64,000 bases of DNA, from NCBI RefSeq assembly GCF_008831285.2, contig NC_045138.2:18104001-18168000 (forward strand), in the 5' to 3' direction. Positions 37,582-51,502 of the stretch are shown one piece after another; the first letter of the stretch is position 1; each line of letters opens with the position of its first letter. Origin of the DNA: Nymphaea colorata (taxonomy: Eukaryota). The notes beneath the pieces were generated by a model, which saw nothing but the letters and a program-made list of their open reading frames with translations, made no database searches and was not told the origin of the DNA. Position numbers and translations under genes: made by a program.

Positions 37582-38798
37582 ATGAAGGGTGGTGATGTCG
37601 AGGTTGGAGTGGCACCACCATTGTATCCCGGGATGATGGAAAACCCCGAGCTTCGATGGGCATTCATCAAGAAGATCTATTCCATCCTCACCGTGCAGAT
37701 CCTCCTCACCGTCGCGGTCTGTGCCGTCGTAGTGGCCGTTCATCCGATAGCCGACTTCTTATTCACGACGAGCCCCGGACTCGCCATCTACATTGTCTGC
37801 CTTGTTCTGCCATTCATCAGTGAGTACTATTCTCATTTCCTTTCCGTGTTTCCTGGAATAATTTTTCACTTTCGGTCTCTTCCTGTTGCGCCTCTCTCGA
37901 TCATCTGCTGCACCCTTCCCCCATTTCTTATTTTTCTATTTTTCTCATATTCCTAATGATTTTTGTCGTTTTTTCTGCCTTCCTTTCTAACTTCTAGCTT
38001 CTTAGTCTTGGATAATCTTGGCGTTATTGAATGTATTCTTGCTTGAATATTCTGCTAGTTCTTGATTTCTAAGAAATTCACTCATTGAATTGATTTTGTT
38101 CTTTGTTTTTGGTTGGTTCAGTTTCGATCCTCTTGTACACCTATCGGCAAAAGCACCCTTTCAATTTTGTTCTACTCGGTTTCTATACGGTTTCCATAAG
38201 CTTCGTCGTGGGCCTCACCTGTGCCTTCACCAGCGGTAAGCTAACAGCCTAACACCCATTCTCTTCATGAACTTCCTGCTTTTTCCTTCCCGGTTCTTGT
38301 TGATTTTCTTATACTTATTGTGAATGTGGATTTGTTGGAAAGCCTAACGACAATCCGGTGCTTCCGGTCCTTTTATCTGCATTGGACAAATTAAAAGCCA
38401 AGACTATTATAACACCAATTTTTTACATTCTTCTATTTTATTTGCGCACTAACAAATTGTAAGAAATTAAAGTAGTTGGAAGAGCCGGCAAAGGAAATCA
38501 CGATAGGTGAAACGTGTTTGAGTACTCTGTCGACCTCTTCAGGTCTGTTATATACATAACTATCTAAGGTCACCCAGTATCAGGGACGCAGTCTGATTTA
38601 TTGTGATGGATTATTAAAAGAAAAACAGGGCGAAAATATATGAAAAAAAGTACTAGAAGATGAGAAAACCTATCACTTTTTTTTCTCAACCACCATCTAC
38701 AAAAAGACACAATGGCAGAAAGTGTTCCTCATCCAGTGCTTGTGTCTTGCACCTCCCTCCCTCCCTCTCTCACTAGAGGAGACTCCACAAAAGTGGAA

Positions 38799-38877
<79 letters not shown>

Positions 38878-39541
38878 CTCTACAAAAGCGTTTCTTATTA
38901 TTCATCAAACCGATGTTTTTTGAAGCATTCAACCAACAATGTAACACCTGCCCTCAAATCACCAATTAGTCTTAATGTCATTTGAGTTCAGTTTATGCAA
39001 CATTTCCTGAGAAAATTTCATGGAACCCCTTACATTGGTTGGAGCAGGCAGGGCCATCTTACAAGCAGCTAGTGTGACGGCATTGCTAGTCGTGGGCTTG
39101 ACTCTTTACACATTCTGGGCAGCAAAACGCGGCCGTGATTTCAAAATTCTTGGGCCTTTCCTCTTCTGCTCATTGGTTGCTCTTATTGGCTTTTGCGTCA
39201 TCCGGGTATATATGCCTTTTCTTGTCAATAGCTGATAAAAATATTTGCATCCTTCTATTTCCTTTGGCTTGAAGATCTGAATTTCTGCGACAACTTGTTT
39301 GGATCAGTTTTTGTTTCCGTTTGGCAAAATCACCAATACCATCTTCGGCTGTATTGGGACAATCATCTCTAGCGGATACATAATCTACGATACAGATAAT
39401 CTGATCAAGAGATATGACTACGACAATTATATCTGGGCTTCAGTCAATATTTATTTGGACATCATCAACCTATTCCTTAGCTTTTTCTCACAAGTACTCA
39501 AACTGCTTCTCTCTCTTAAGGCTCGAGCGTCGCAGGCCTGA
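37582..39541 (+). CDS. LFG: LIFEGUARD/BI-1 family protein, copy 2 (exons 37582-37819, 38122-38235, 39048-39205, 39308-39541); aberrant C-terminus
   Basis: Same exon phases and internal exon sizes (114, 158) as copy 1; PPLYPGMMENPELRWAFIKKIYSIL...YDTDNLIKRY...YLDIINLF. The tail FSQVLKLLLSLKARASQA is not homologous to the paralogs. Confidence 0.88.
38803..38876. repeat. Compound (CT)n(TA)n microsatellite in LFG copy 2 intron
   Basis: Direct reading. Confidence 0.9.
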
Positions 39542-39606
39542 ATCTTCTACAAGGGGGTGAGAGCCTACTGAAGGGGGAGGAGGAGGTGCAACCGGGGGGT
39601 GATAGA

Positions 39607-42600
39607 TGAAAAGAGCCATCATTGACACTCTTAAAAAATCATAAGCCTCCTCTTGTAAGTTGGTGACTGATGATAAAGTGGTAGAACCTTCACCACCGTC
39701 CTTCTCAAACTCTATAAATAGGATGTTGGTCTTTGTGTCTACCATCAAGAGAGTGGTGAGTGTCTTGAGCAAGAGTTTGGTAAGTTCGTGTGTTCGAGCT
39801 CGAGTGTGGAAATTTTAAGTGTGTGCTCAAGTGCAAAGACGTTGGTACTTGGATAATAGCTCACTGTGTGAGTTTGTTGAGGTGAGTTCTTGTATCTCAC
39901 TTTTGTAAGTTTCATCTTGACAAATAATGCAAGTATATTATTTAAGTATACTTGGTGCATTTACGTCATTTTTGTTGAGATCATTTTGTGAATTTTGTTG
40001 GTTTGGTGATTATGCTTTTATTAAGTAAGTTTCGTCAAGTTTTATTAAGAATTGTTTTGAACGTTGATAATCTGCCACTTTTTCTTCGCATAAATTATTT
40101 GTTTTTGGATCTAAGTTATATCTAGGGCCCACATTTTCACCTATAATTGGCATCAAAGCGAGGTTCGGTCTAAGGGCCACTTTAATAGTGAGATTAATTG
40201 GGCTAATTATATTATAAGATTATAGTAACATTAGCGGTTGTATTAAATAATATTGAAAAGCTCAACGATAACAATTATGATTATTGAAAATCTTGCATGG
40301 GGTCGTATTTTTTAGGACATGAATTATGAGATATAGTATTGGAATTATGCACAAATATTCCTGTCGATGAATAAGCTAAGAAGAACTGGATGATCAAAGT
40401 AGGAAAAACCTTATTTGCAATCAAGATATCAATTGAGAAAGATTTATTAGAGCATATACGTGATGCTAAGACTCCTAAAAAAGCAAAAGATGCTTTTGCA
40501 ACACTATTTTCTCGAGCTAATAATGCTCGCCTACAACTATTAGAAAATGAGTTAGTTACATTAACACAGGAAAACATGTTTATATCATAGTATTTTATAA
40601 AAGTTAAAAACATCTATAGAGAGATTTCTCAAATTGACCTTGAGTCTAAGATTAGTGAGGCCCGTGTGCAGAGAATTCTTGTTTGTGGACTTCGTCTAGA
40701 ATTTAGCAGTTTTATAATTGATGTTCAAGGCTATCAGTTCAACCAACTTTGTTGGAGTTAGAGAATCTTTTTATCAATAAAAAAACATTGGCAAAGCAAA
40801 TGACTGGGCTTTTACTCAAAGTAAATAATGAAGAAGCTTTACTTAGTAAGGATAGAAATCATGTTGACCAGCTAAGTCGGTCATTAGGTTTCAAAGTAGA
40901 AATGTTGCCGAAAAAAGAGAAAAATATAAATAAGAGAACAAGAGAAACTACACAGCAGTGGAGACCAAAAAAGAAATGTGTTAGATGTGAAAAATTAAGT
41001 CATTTTGCTCATGACTGTAGAGTCAAACTAGATGAAGAAGATGCAGTCATGACAAGTAAGCAGTATGGGTGAGTTAATTAGACTGCACAGAAAAGTTTGT
41101 TTCTGTATTCAATGGAGGTTAAAGAGGATTTAAACAAGAAAGACGTAATTCTGCTCATATAAAAACTATAAAAGTAAAAAAAGAAAATATCAATTATCAA
41201 AATGATTGAATAATTGATTCTGGAAGGTAAAAACATATGACTGGTGATGAGAACAAGTTTGCAAGTATGAAAGAATATGATGGAAATCGAGTTGTTACTG
41301 CTAACAACACAAAGCTCCCAGTGGCACGTATTAGAGAAGCAAAGGTTGTAGCTAACATTGGTAAAGACCAGATTTTACTGAACATTTGTCATGTTTCAAG
41401 AATGAGTAAGAACTTGTTGTTTGTGCCACAACTTACAACTTTAGGTCACTATGTATTGTTCAACCCAAAAGATGTGAAATTTTTATAAAGACGCAGATGT
41501 TCAGGGAACTCCCACATTTGAATGAAGAAGAGTTCAATTAATATATGTTTTATCAGCAAAAACAACATATATTAACAAAACAAAGAAGCATGACACTTCT
41601 GATATCTAGCATGAGAGACTTGTTCATGTTGGATATAACAAACTCCAAGATATTTCTAATAAAGGGCAGTTGATGGGCCTGCCAAAGCTTAAGGTACGAA
41701 TAGACAAAGTATGCCTCAGATGTCAATATGAAAAGATGCATAGGAGGTCATTCAAAGAATCAAAAGTATAAAGCAAAAGCACCATTTGAGCTTGTGCATT
41801 TAAATGTATTCGAGAAAGTACCAAACCCATTAGTCAAACGCAAAGTGGTATTTTATCACATTTATTGATGATTTTTTGACATATACTTGGGTTTATTTCA
41901 TAAAAGAAAAGTTTGAAGCAATTGAAAAGTTTGAGGAGTTTTATCAGATGGTGAGAAAAAAACTTGGGTATAAAGTTTGGTGTTTTGGTGTCTAAAAACC
42001 GATATTAGTGGCAAAAATACATCTGACATGTTTATGGCAAATACGAGACAACATGATATTTGAAGGTAATTTATATGTGCCTATACACTTCAACAAAATA
42101 GAGTGGCAAAACGAAGGAATCGTAATATAGAAGAAATATGCTAAAGCTTGATGCATACAAAGAACATGCCACCAAGATTTTGGGCCGAGTGTGTCAGCAC
42201 AACTGTCCACGTAATTAATCGATTATCATTGCCGAGATTTAATTTTAAGTCTCCATATGAAATGCTCCATAAAAAGAAGTCATCTGTGAGTTATTTTAGA
42301 GTCTTTGGTTGTACATGCTATGTTTTTTATCTGAGCAACACAAGACTAAATTCGACAAGAAGGCACAAAGGTGTGTTTTTGTTTGATATGGTCAATATTG
42401 GAAGAGATAGAGATGTGTTAATCCTAGCACAAGACAAATTTATATTTCTCGGGATGTCATATTCGATGAAGCATCATCTTGGTGGTCAGAAGAAAATAAG
42501 GCACTTCCAGACTCTCCAGTTATTGAGGAAGTTGTTTGAAACAAAATAATATTTGAGATAAATCAATGAAAGCCTAAGCTGAAAGACACAAAAGCAAGAT

Positions 42601-44947
42601 GATCAAATCAACAAGTTCAAATGCCTGAAAATAGCCCAATACGAGAAGAACGAGAGATCTGTGGAGAACAGTTAGTCCTGTTCAACAACAAATTATAGAA
42701 GAAGAAAGACCATCACAAGTTAAAAAGCTAAAAGAAGCATCTATAACATTAAGAAGACCGACAAGAATACTCAAACCAAATCCCAAGAATGCAAACACAG
42801 ACTATGCCATCATGAAGGAAATCAAGTCAGCTTCTTTTGAGAAATCAAAAGATGTCGAAAAATGACAAACTATAATGAAAGATAAAATGAAGACATTAGA
42901 GCATAACGAGACCTGAGAGCTCATATCAAAGCCAGCAGGGGTAAAGCCCATTACTTATAAGTGGGTTTACAAAATAAAAAGAAAAGTATATGACTCAGTT
43001 GATAGATATATGACTCGACTAGTTGCGAGAGAATTTTCACAGTAGTATAACATTGACTTTAAGAAATTTTTAATCATGTTATGAAGATCACATCTATATG
43101 TATGTTGATAGCTAGCGGGCAAGCATGTCTTGGAAGCTACTGGAAAATGAATGTGAAGAATGCTTTCTTGCATGAAAATCTCGATTATGAAATCTATATG
43201 GAGCAGCCTGAATGATTCAAGTTTCCAAACAAGCCAGACTACATCTGCAAACTAAGAAAAGCACTATATGGATTGAAGCAAGCATCTAAAACATGGTATA
43301 GGAAAATAACTGAATTTTTGGTGTTTAGTAGATTCCAAGTCGCCTCAGCAGATTTGAGTCTCTTCAACAAGACAAGAGGTATGAAGATTACTCTTTTGTT
43401 AATTTATGTTGATGATTTAATTATTACTGAAGATAACAAGGAAGCAATTAATCTCATTCGTGAACATCTCACAGTGAAATTCAAAATGAAAGAGATGGGG
43501 TAATTGCGACACTTCATTGGATTGCAAATTGATTATGAATCTAAATAATTATTTTTAAGTAAAAAAAAAGTATGCTTGTAACTTACTACATAAGTATGGT
43601 ATGCACGATCGCATACATATCTCAACACCAATTAAGATAAATGCAAAACTTAGAATTGATGAAGGAGACAAGCTAGAAGATGTCACTATGTACATACAAC
43701 TAGTTGGAAGCTTAATCTACTTAACATTGTCAAGACAAGACGTTGCCGATACAGTTGGTGTGGTGAGCAGATTCATGCGAGCTCCAAGGACGCCACATTT
43801 AGAAGCAGTGAAAAAAATATTAAGTTATGTCAAAGGAACTCCTGACCTGGTATACTTTATGGAAAAAGATCAACCTATCAAGTTGTTGGTCATTTTGATG
43901 CAGATTATGCTGGAGACTTATCAACTTGAAGATCAACCGCTCGACATACATTCAGTCTTGAAAGTGGTGCAATTTCATGATGCAGTAAAAGACAGCTGAC
44001 AGTTTTATTGTCTACAACAAAAGTAAAGTATAGAGCAGTGTCTCAAGCACAAGAATGTGTGTGATTGATGCAATTGCTGAAAGACATTAAAGAAGATTTA
44101 AATTATGTAGTGAAACTCTACTGCATTAATTAAAGTGCAATTAGACTTGCAGAGAATCCTGTCTTCCATGCTTGAACGAAACATATCAAGGTGGAACATC
44201 ATTTTATCAGAGAGAAGGTACTCAAAAAAGAGATTTAGTTATAGTTAATCGTTGTAAAAGATCAAGTCACTGACATTTTTACCAAAGGCTTGCCAATGCA
44301 AACATTCACCAAGCTTAAAAGAATGTTAGGAATCATAAGTAGAGAGACAGTAATGAGGGGGATATTGTAAAGAGTCATTGCCAACTCTCTCGAAAAATCG
44401 TAAGCCTCCTCTTTTAAGTCAGTGACTAATGATAAAAACATAAAAAATAATAAAAAGTAATTAGAAAGTGGTGGAACCTTTTCCACCGACCTTCTCAAAC
44501 TCTATTAATAGGAGTGTTGGCCTTTGTGTCTACCATCAATAGAGTGGTCAGTGTCTTGAGCAAGAGTTTAGTAAGTTCATGCGTTCACTTTGTGAGCTCG
44601 AGTGTGAGAGTTTCAAGTGTGTGATCAAGTGCAAATATGTTGGATACTTGGGTGATAGCTCACTATGTGAGTTTGTAGAGGTGAGTTATTGTACCTCACT
44701 TTTGTAAGTTTCATCTTGACAAATAATGCAAGTATATCATTTAAGTATACTTGGTGCACTTACCTCATCGGTTGTTGAGATCACTTGTGAACTTTGTTGG
44801 TTTGGTGATTAAACTTTAATTAAATAAGTTTTGTCAAGTTTATTATTAAGAATTATTTTGGACATCGAGACTCTATAGGTTTTTCTTTGCATAAATTATT
44901 CGGGGTTTGGATATAAGTTATATCTAGGACCCACATTTTCGCCTACA
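39607..44947 (+). mobile_element. Old, heavily degenerate Ty1/copia LTR retrotransposon
   Basis: LTRs at 39607-40145 and 44366-44947; perfect 5-bp TSD ATAGA (39602-39606 / 44948-44952); decayed PBS TGGCATCAAAGC at 40148; PPT ATGAGGGGGATAT. Fragmented gag (NNARLQLLENEL), zinc knuckle, IDSG..HMTG, FWAE, FRVFGC, LKQA, IYVDDL and RNaseH motifs. Confidence 0.93.
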
Positions 44948-45775
44948 ATAGACATTGAGGAGTTCCCTCCACTTGGTGGTTTGGGAATCAAGGCCACATG
45001 GGAAAGGGCCAGCAGGTGGAGAAGCCTCGAATGAAGCCAGCCTTCGTGGGTTTGTAAGGACCCTAATGTTTTGGTCAATTTTTTACTAGAACATGAAACC
45101 GTTAGAGTTAATAGTTGCTGTCAATGTCAAATATGTTTGCATATGGAAGTTAAAGCACTTTACAACAAGAAGTATTCACGGTACAATCATTAAAATATAT
45201 GTATGCATACATGCAATATTAATTATTAGTTGGTATGCTTGCAACAACATTTAGTTTTTCTTGCCAACAAATTGTGGGCACTATGGGGGTGATAACCCTT
45301 CTGGCTCTAGTTTATTCACACAACTATTTTTGTTTTATATAGTGTCCATAGGTACAACAAAAAATATTATCAACATAAACAACTTAAGTGCTAGTACTAG
45401 ACATACAAATCAATTAATTGTCTTCCTCCATTGAGCCGGCCTTTAAAAAGACAAATTGAAGGGATGTTCTCCAAATCTTGTGGCAGGGAAATGGGTCACC
45501 CCTAAACAATCATGTTCAAATAAATGCATCGCAGAAACAACAACAACAACAACAAACAACCAAAAACCGAGGTGACTATTATTGGCCCTACTCAGCACGT
45601 GTCACCATGTTCCTCTAAACAGTTCGGACCATTTAAGGTCAAGTCAAATATGCATTAATCATTATGAGCATTCAATGTGTAGTTTAAATAGTTAAACACA
45701 CTTTCAATGCTTATATGATTCATTCATTACATGTGGTGAACACAAAGTTATATATAGTGTCTGAACTTACATAAT

Positions 45776-46055
45776 TGGCATAATACGAGTTTCTAGCCAT
45801 TAAGATCAATTTCAATCATATGTTCACAACCACATGCATTTCATTCATTAGCACACAGTTTTGGATCACAAATAAAAATTCAAGCAAATTTGTAAAATGC
45901 AAACACATACATATGTCTCAAGCCAAGCTAGATCTAGATCCAAGTCCATGGCCAACCATTAATCACGCATTGATGTATATACTTGATCAAATCAAATACA
46001 AGATTATGTCATAAGCATCATACGATTCAAATGTATCAATTAGCAAAGTTACACT

Positions 46056-46094
<39 letters not shown>

Positions 46095-46434
46095 ATGTAT
46101 GTATGCATATGTGTAATTCTACAAGTCATATCCAAATCCAGTTTTTGATGATGGCATAATATAATTTTATAGCCATTAAGGTCAATTTCAATCATGCGTT
46201 CACAAACACATGCATCACATTCATTAGCACAGAGTTTTGTTTCTCAAATAATAATTCAGACAATTTTGTAAAACACAAACACATACATATGTCTCAAGCC
46301 AAGCTAGAAGCAAATCTAAGTCTCTGTGCTACCATTAATCATGCATGGATATATATATATACTCGACCAAAGCAAGTGCAAGATTATGTCATACCATCAT
46401 ACGATTCAGATGCATCAGTTAGCAAAGTCACAAT

Positions 46435-46465
<31 letters not shown>

Positions 46466-46504
46466 ATGTGTCCATATATGTAATTCTACAAGTCATATCC
46501 AAAT
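45776..46504 (+). repeat. Tandem duplication of a ~360-bp unit (45776-46137 and 46152-46504)
   Basis: Both units run TGGCATAAT...CAAACACATACATATGTCTCAAGCCAAGCTAG...(TA)n(TG)n...TGTAATTCTACAAGTCATATCCAAAT. Confidence 0.88.
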
Positions 46505-49500
46505 TTAAATGCATTTTTAGCAAAAGAATTTTAGATCTATGTATGATCATGCAAATATATTTGATTGGAACAACTATGGTCCTTAACTGATTTGCATGAT
46601 CGATTTTAATATGTGAACTGCACTCTAGGTAGTTGATACCATTGGTATGTAGTCTAATTTATTATTATTATTATTAATTTTTAAACGTGATTATTTTCTT
46701 TGTTTATCCCTCTTTAGGTAATCTTAACTTAGTTCATGAATTTAGTTCATAAGTATTATTGGTTTCTCGTTTAGTTTTTATTTTTACTTATTCTAGTGAC
46801 GTAGTCTACACTAGTTAGTGGTAATGTCTAATGTAAAATAATTAACTTTCATTTATTTTGTGATTGTTAGTTGTCACATTAGTTATAGATAGTTTAAAAG
46901 TGGAAGCTGTTCGTTATTGCATTGTCTAATTTGAGATTAGTGTGTATGCATATTAGTTTGTTGCTAATTGTATTTTGACTGAAATTTCTATTATAGAATA
47001 GTAGGATGAATAGTTATCTTTCAATCATATTAGTTTTAGATATAAATATAGTTGTTAAACTTCATTTATAGCTAATCTAATATTGTGAACTGTTGTCCTC
47101 TGTATTTTTTGGTTTGTGTAGTGCATGCATATTTTATCATGTTCGTTAGCATGTTTTACTCCAATTTCTGCTATAGGTCGGTAAATTAGTGAATAATATG
47201 TTATTTAGATTAGTTTCTAAACGAAAGCTAGCTGTAAATAATTAGAAATACTCAATTTTGTCTGTACGCATTACTGCAATTTCAGATTTATAGCATAGTC
47301 CAATTATAGTCTACCTAACTATTTATCATGATTAATGTCGTTCATGTTGTAGCTTTGTAGTTTATATACTAACTTTTGAATTTAATTATTTTCAGAGTAA
47401 TCACATGTCAGAATTAGTTTTTATGTTATGTTTTAGATATGTGGCTGTATTTTAGTCAAGGTAGCAATTTAGATTTAAATAGTTTTCTATTTACAGAGTT
47501 TAGAGGTCTGCTGGTAAGTGGGGTTGTATTTGCAGCTGTTAATTGTGCGTTTTATTTCAAATATTGTTTTCTTAATCATAGTAGATAGTTACCTTAAATA
47601 TAAAGTCATTTTTAGGTGCATACGAGTTGTTAGTAGCTAATTGTAGTTAATTTCAAGGTGCAAACTGTTCATTACTATTTTCTGTGTTTTACAGAGAAAA
47701 ATTCTGAAATTAGTGTTGTCTAAGTTTTTATTATATTTTTTATAATTTGTAGTGTAATTTGGTATAAAAATGGTTATCTTTTGTTAAAAAATAGTTTTAG
47801 ATGAGAAGTAGTTGTTAATGAGTATAGATGTACTTATTTTTTAAATATGAATTGTTCTAGAGAGAGAGTGCACAATTTACTTGAATGTTTGTTATTTTAG
47901 TGTATTTCTCATTGTAGTTCATTGGTTTAGATTATTATTCTTCAAAATTTATGTCTTTGTAGTATTTAATTTATTAGGTTTAGGATCATTTTGTATTTTA
48001 GCAATTTAAAATAGTGGGTTGCGTATTTTGAGTTCACGTAAGAAAGAACAAGTGCACTAGTCTATGCTTGGGTTAATCAGCATTAACCAAGTCGTAGACT
48101 CGTTTGTCACATATGACACGAAATACTGTTTGCATTTTGTATTAGCAACTAACTAGCACATACCTACACTAATTTACGTAGAAAGTGTCTTCGTTTTCGC
48201 AGGGCAACGATGTGTAGTTGCCATTTTGTTTTTTAACGTATTATGTAGTTAAATATTCTTTCTTGGACAATTCACAACTTGTTGAAAAGAGAAGTAGAGC
48301 AATGACAAGGAGAATGACGGCCACACATGTTGAAAAAATTTGAATCACCATTGAAGATGGAGTTCTAGTGTCTCAAAATGGCCACTACTCTTACGTTATT
48401 TGTTCTTGCTAGTTGGAACATTTTGTATGAGTGTTTGTGCAACATCATTACATATTTTAAAACTACATAAAACTTTAATTGTTGTAATAGAACTTGTTTC
48501 TTTTGAGTATGAGGATTTTTGTTCTCTAGATTCTATTGTAAATTTGCTAGATTTTGACTAGATAAATTAATAGTCAAATAGTTGTAGCCAGAGTTCGACC
48601 CAGACTCTCTATATGTAAAGTTCGGTAAACATAACTAGTGCACGGATTCACTTTGTATTGCCACAAGTTATTTAATTTTACATATGTGAACTGAGATTTG
48701 AATTGTATTGTAAAATTATATCTTTATCTAAAATAACACCATCGACAGAATTAATGAATGAGATAACAATTAATGAAACACAACAAAAATTAACATGACA
48801 TAGCAAGCTAAAGTAGGGCAAACATTGAACTATTAGCACATTAAAAGGAAAATACTAATATTTCAGATAGAATTAAAGAACCTAGTTTCACGTTAACCAA
48901 AGCAATAACACTACTGAAAAACACTCTGCAGAATTGATTGAAACAAGGTTGAATAAACTAAAATCAAGACAGACCAATTGAATTAGCTAGAACAGATTGG
49001 ACACAAGAAGGTCTAACCAACCAGCATAAACTACTCCTAAACTAGGTATGGAATTGAATCACAAAGAAACTCTGATCCTAAATTCAAAAATGAAAGAATC
49101 TAAGTTATGCTATTAAAAATTGTATGAGCAACATAATCAGGCACCGTATTACTAATTTACAGCAATATGTTGAACAAGATTTAACTAAAAACAAGTAGCA
49201 TAACTGAAGTACTTGACAAACTATTGAATGCATTCATCCCTACACTGCATAAAATAGATCCTAAAATCTTGATGAAGAAGAAGAAGAATTAGAACAAGAA
49301 GAAGAGAGTGGAGACGGAGAGAGACAGAGACTCGCTCGGTGCTGCAGCGGAGATTCATGGAGACATCAACGGGTGGTAAGGAAACACTTTTAGTTGCAGG
49401 GAAGGTAAATTATTTCAGAAAAATCATCCAACTCCTCGATACCAACTTTCTCCCAAATGTGGTTCTGAAATTCAATCGGAGGGAACTGTTGTTACTGGGA

Positions 49501-50061
49501 GTTATGGTGTTACCTATTGGTTTCATGACAAGGCGTCCAGGCCCCTGGGGTTAGATAAGAAGATAGCAAACACAAGAAGTTGTGAACATTTTGTTCTCAT
49601 TTTCATGTTTTAATACGTTCCTCACATCGAAGATTTCAGACCCATTATTCTATAATTGTTTGTGTAAGCTTATCTTTAAAGTGATGATGAACATAAAGAA
49701 AGGGGATTCAGCAAGAATCACAGGCATGGCATAGGGAGCTATTCTCTGAAATGGATTCTAGCTCATGATACGGTCAGTAGTTCATGTAATTATCGCGGTC
49801 ACTATCTATCAATCCCACTTCGTATACCTTTTCTTCATTTTGCTGTTGTTCTTGATGGTACAGAAATGCTTTCCTTTTAGCCAGAAGGAATTCCTTACAT
49901 TTACTCTCTAGCTCCACTTTCTTTCTTCGTTGTGATTGAAAGATGGTTTCTAGAAAAATAAATGCTGTAGATATGCTAGGTAAGGACTGCAATCGCTTGG
50001 CTCTACATTTTGCATATGATGTCAGTTTTTTGGTAAAACCAAGAATGCCATTCCATCAGTT

Positions 50062-50092
50062 TCATGTGTTTCTCTATTCGAATTTCCCAAAT

Positions 50093-50144
<52 letters not shown>

Positions 50145-51382
50145 AAAGGAAGCATTTTTATCATAAATCTCTAGTTTAGGGTTTTAGTCTGTGCTAGCTC
50201 CTCATCAGCAATTCACCTCAGATAAGATGAAATAAGAGAGAATCGAAACTGTGCAGGAAGGGGTGGGAAACTTCACATTCCCTATTTCAATCCTCACTGT
50301 CATTTTTTCTTTTTAACTTTTAACCTTGTCATCCTTTAAATACCCATAAAACTTCTCTCTTCCTACACCCAATGGCAAAAGATCTTAATGAGAGCTTTCA
50401 CTTTTCCTCTCAGCAGTAAGATGAAATACTTCTCATATTCTCTTAGAAAAGAGCTCTAATGGATGAAAAGTTCTTTTTCCGGTGACATTTCCCTCTTGAG
50501 GAGGCAGGGTAAAACTGTAATCCAACTTGGAGAACATTATACACTAAATTACCATATTAAAACTTGGATTGACAGTTAGCTAACAAGAGATTTTTCTTTC
50601 AGTACTGTTGCCCAGAAAGAGTGGGTTGGATTTCTTTGTTATTTTTGCTTCAGAGAGATCAGGGAGGAAGGAAGAGAGACGAGGCAGAATTTCTGGCGGA
50701 ATGAGGGCATGCCCATAGGAGATAGCTAACTAGCATGGTCATGGCAGCGACGAATCAAGGCAATCAGCAGTACTATTACTACTATTGAATAGTAGTACCG
50801 CTGGTCGTCTAGATTCATCACCAGTGTGACTGTAAAGTTTAGTTATCTCCGCAGGTATTCCTCCCTCGCTCTCTCTCCCTGTCTTTGAAGTAAAAGGAAC
50901 ATAGAAATCCGACCCACTCTTTCTGAGCAGTAGTGACCAAAGAAACAGCCTGTGTCAGCAGTGCCGAAAGAACGTCAATCTGATTCTTAATATGGTAATT
51001 TGGCCTGTAATGTTGTCCAAGTTAGATAACTGTATTATCCTTCCTCCTTAAGGGAGGAACATCACATGAAAAAGAGCTTTCATCCGTTAGGGCCTTTTCA
51101 TAATTTGGATTAGAAAGAGAGGTTTTCTGGGCATCTAAACTTGGGCATGTTGAAAGCTAAAGAAGAGAAAAAGTGAAAAAAAAAATTAGTGAGGATTGAA
51201 ATGGGGAATGCGCAGCTCCCTCACCTCATCTCATCTCATCTCATCTCATCTTAGGTGGCTTGTTGATGAGGAGCATCAACTAAAAACTTAGAACTGGGAA
51301 TTTATGGTAAAAGCCTCTCTTTCTCTTTCTCTGTCCCTGACTCTCTCTCTCTCTTATTTGGGAAATTCGGATTGAAACATGA
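50062..51382. repeat. Large imperfect inverted repeat (foldback) centred at ~50785
   Basis: Nested reverse-complement blocks: CGAATTTCCCAAAT/ATTTGGGAAATTCG; CTCCTCATCAGC/GTTGATGAGGAG; CATTCCCTATTTCAATCCTCACT/AGTGAGGATTGAAATGGGGAATG; AAATTACCATATTAA/TTAATATGGTAATTT; CAGAAAGAGTGGGTTGGATTTCT/AGAAATCCGACCCACTCTTTCTG; CAGCAGTACTA/TAGTACCGCTG. Confidence 0.88.
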
Positions 51383-51502
51383 TAGGCATTTACTAACTAA
51401 AGCCCAAATGAAATAGTTGTAGTAGTATCTCATGATCAGGTTGTTTGTACTGTAGATTATGCATCTGCTGAAGATGGTTGTCCCGATATTCCTGAAGGTG
51501 TA
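51383..51502 (-). pseudogene. Inverted LIFEGUARD exon-4 fragment
   Basis: Minus strand YTFRNIGTTIFSRCIIYSTNNLIMRYYYNYFIWALVSKCL aligns with IYGILGTIIFSGYIIYDTDNLIKRYSYDDYIWASVSLYL of copy 3. Confidence 0.85.

Noticed and set aside
50560..51000. Known conserved miRNA in either foldback
   Set aside because: No match recognised to conserved plant miRNA families recalled from memory; needs a miRBase search.
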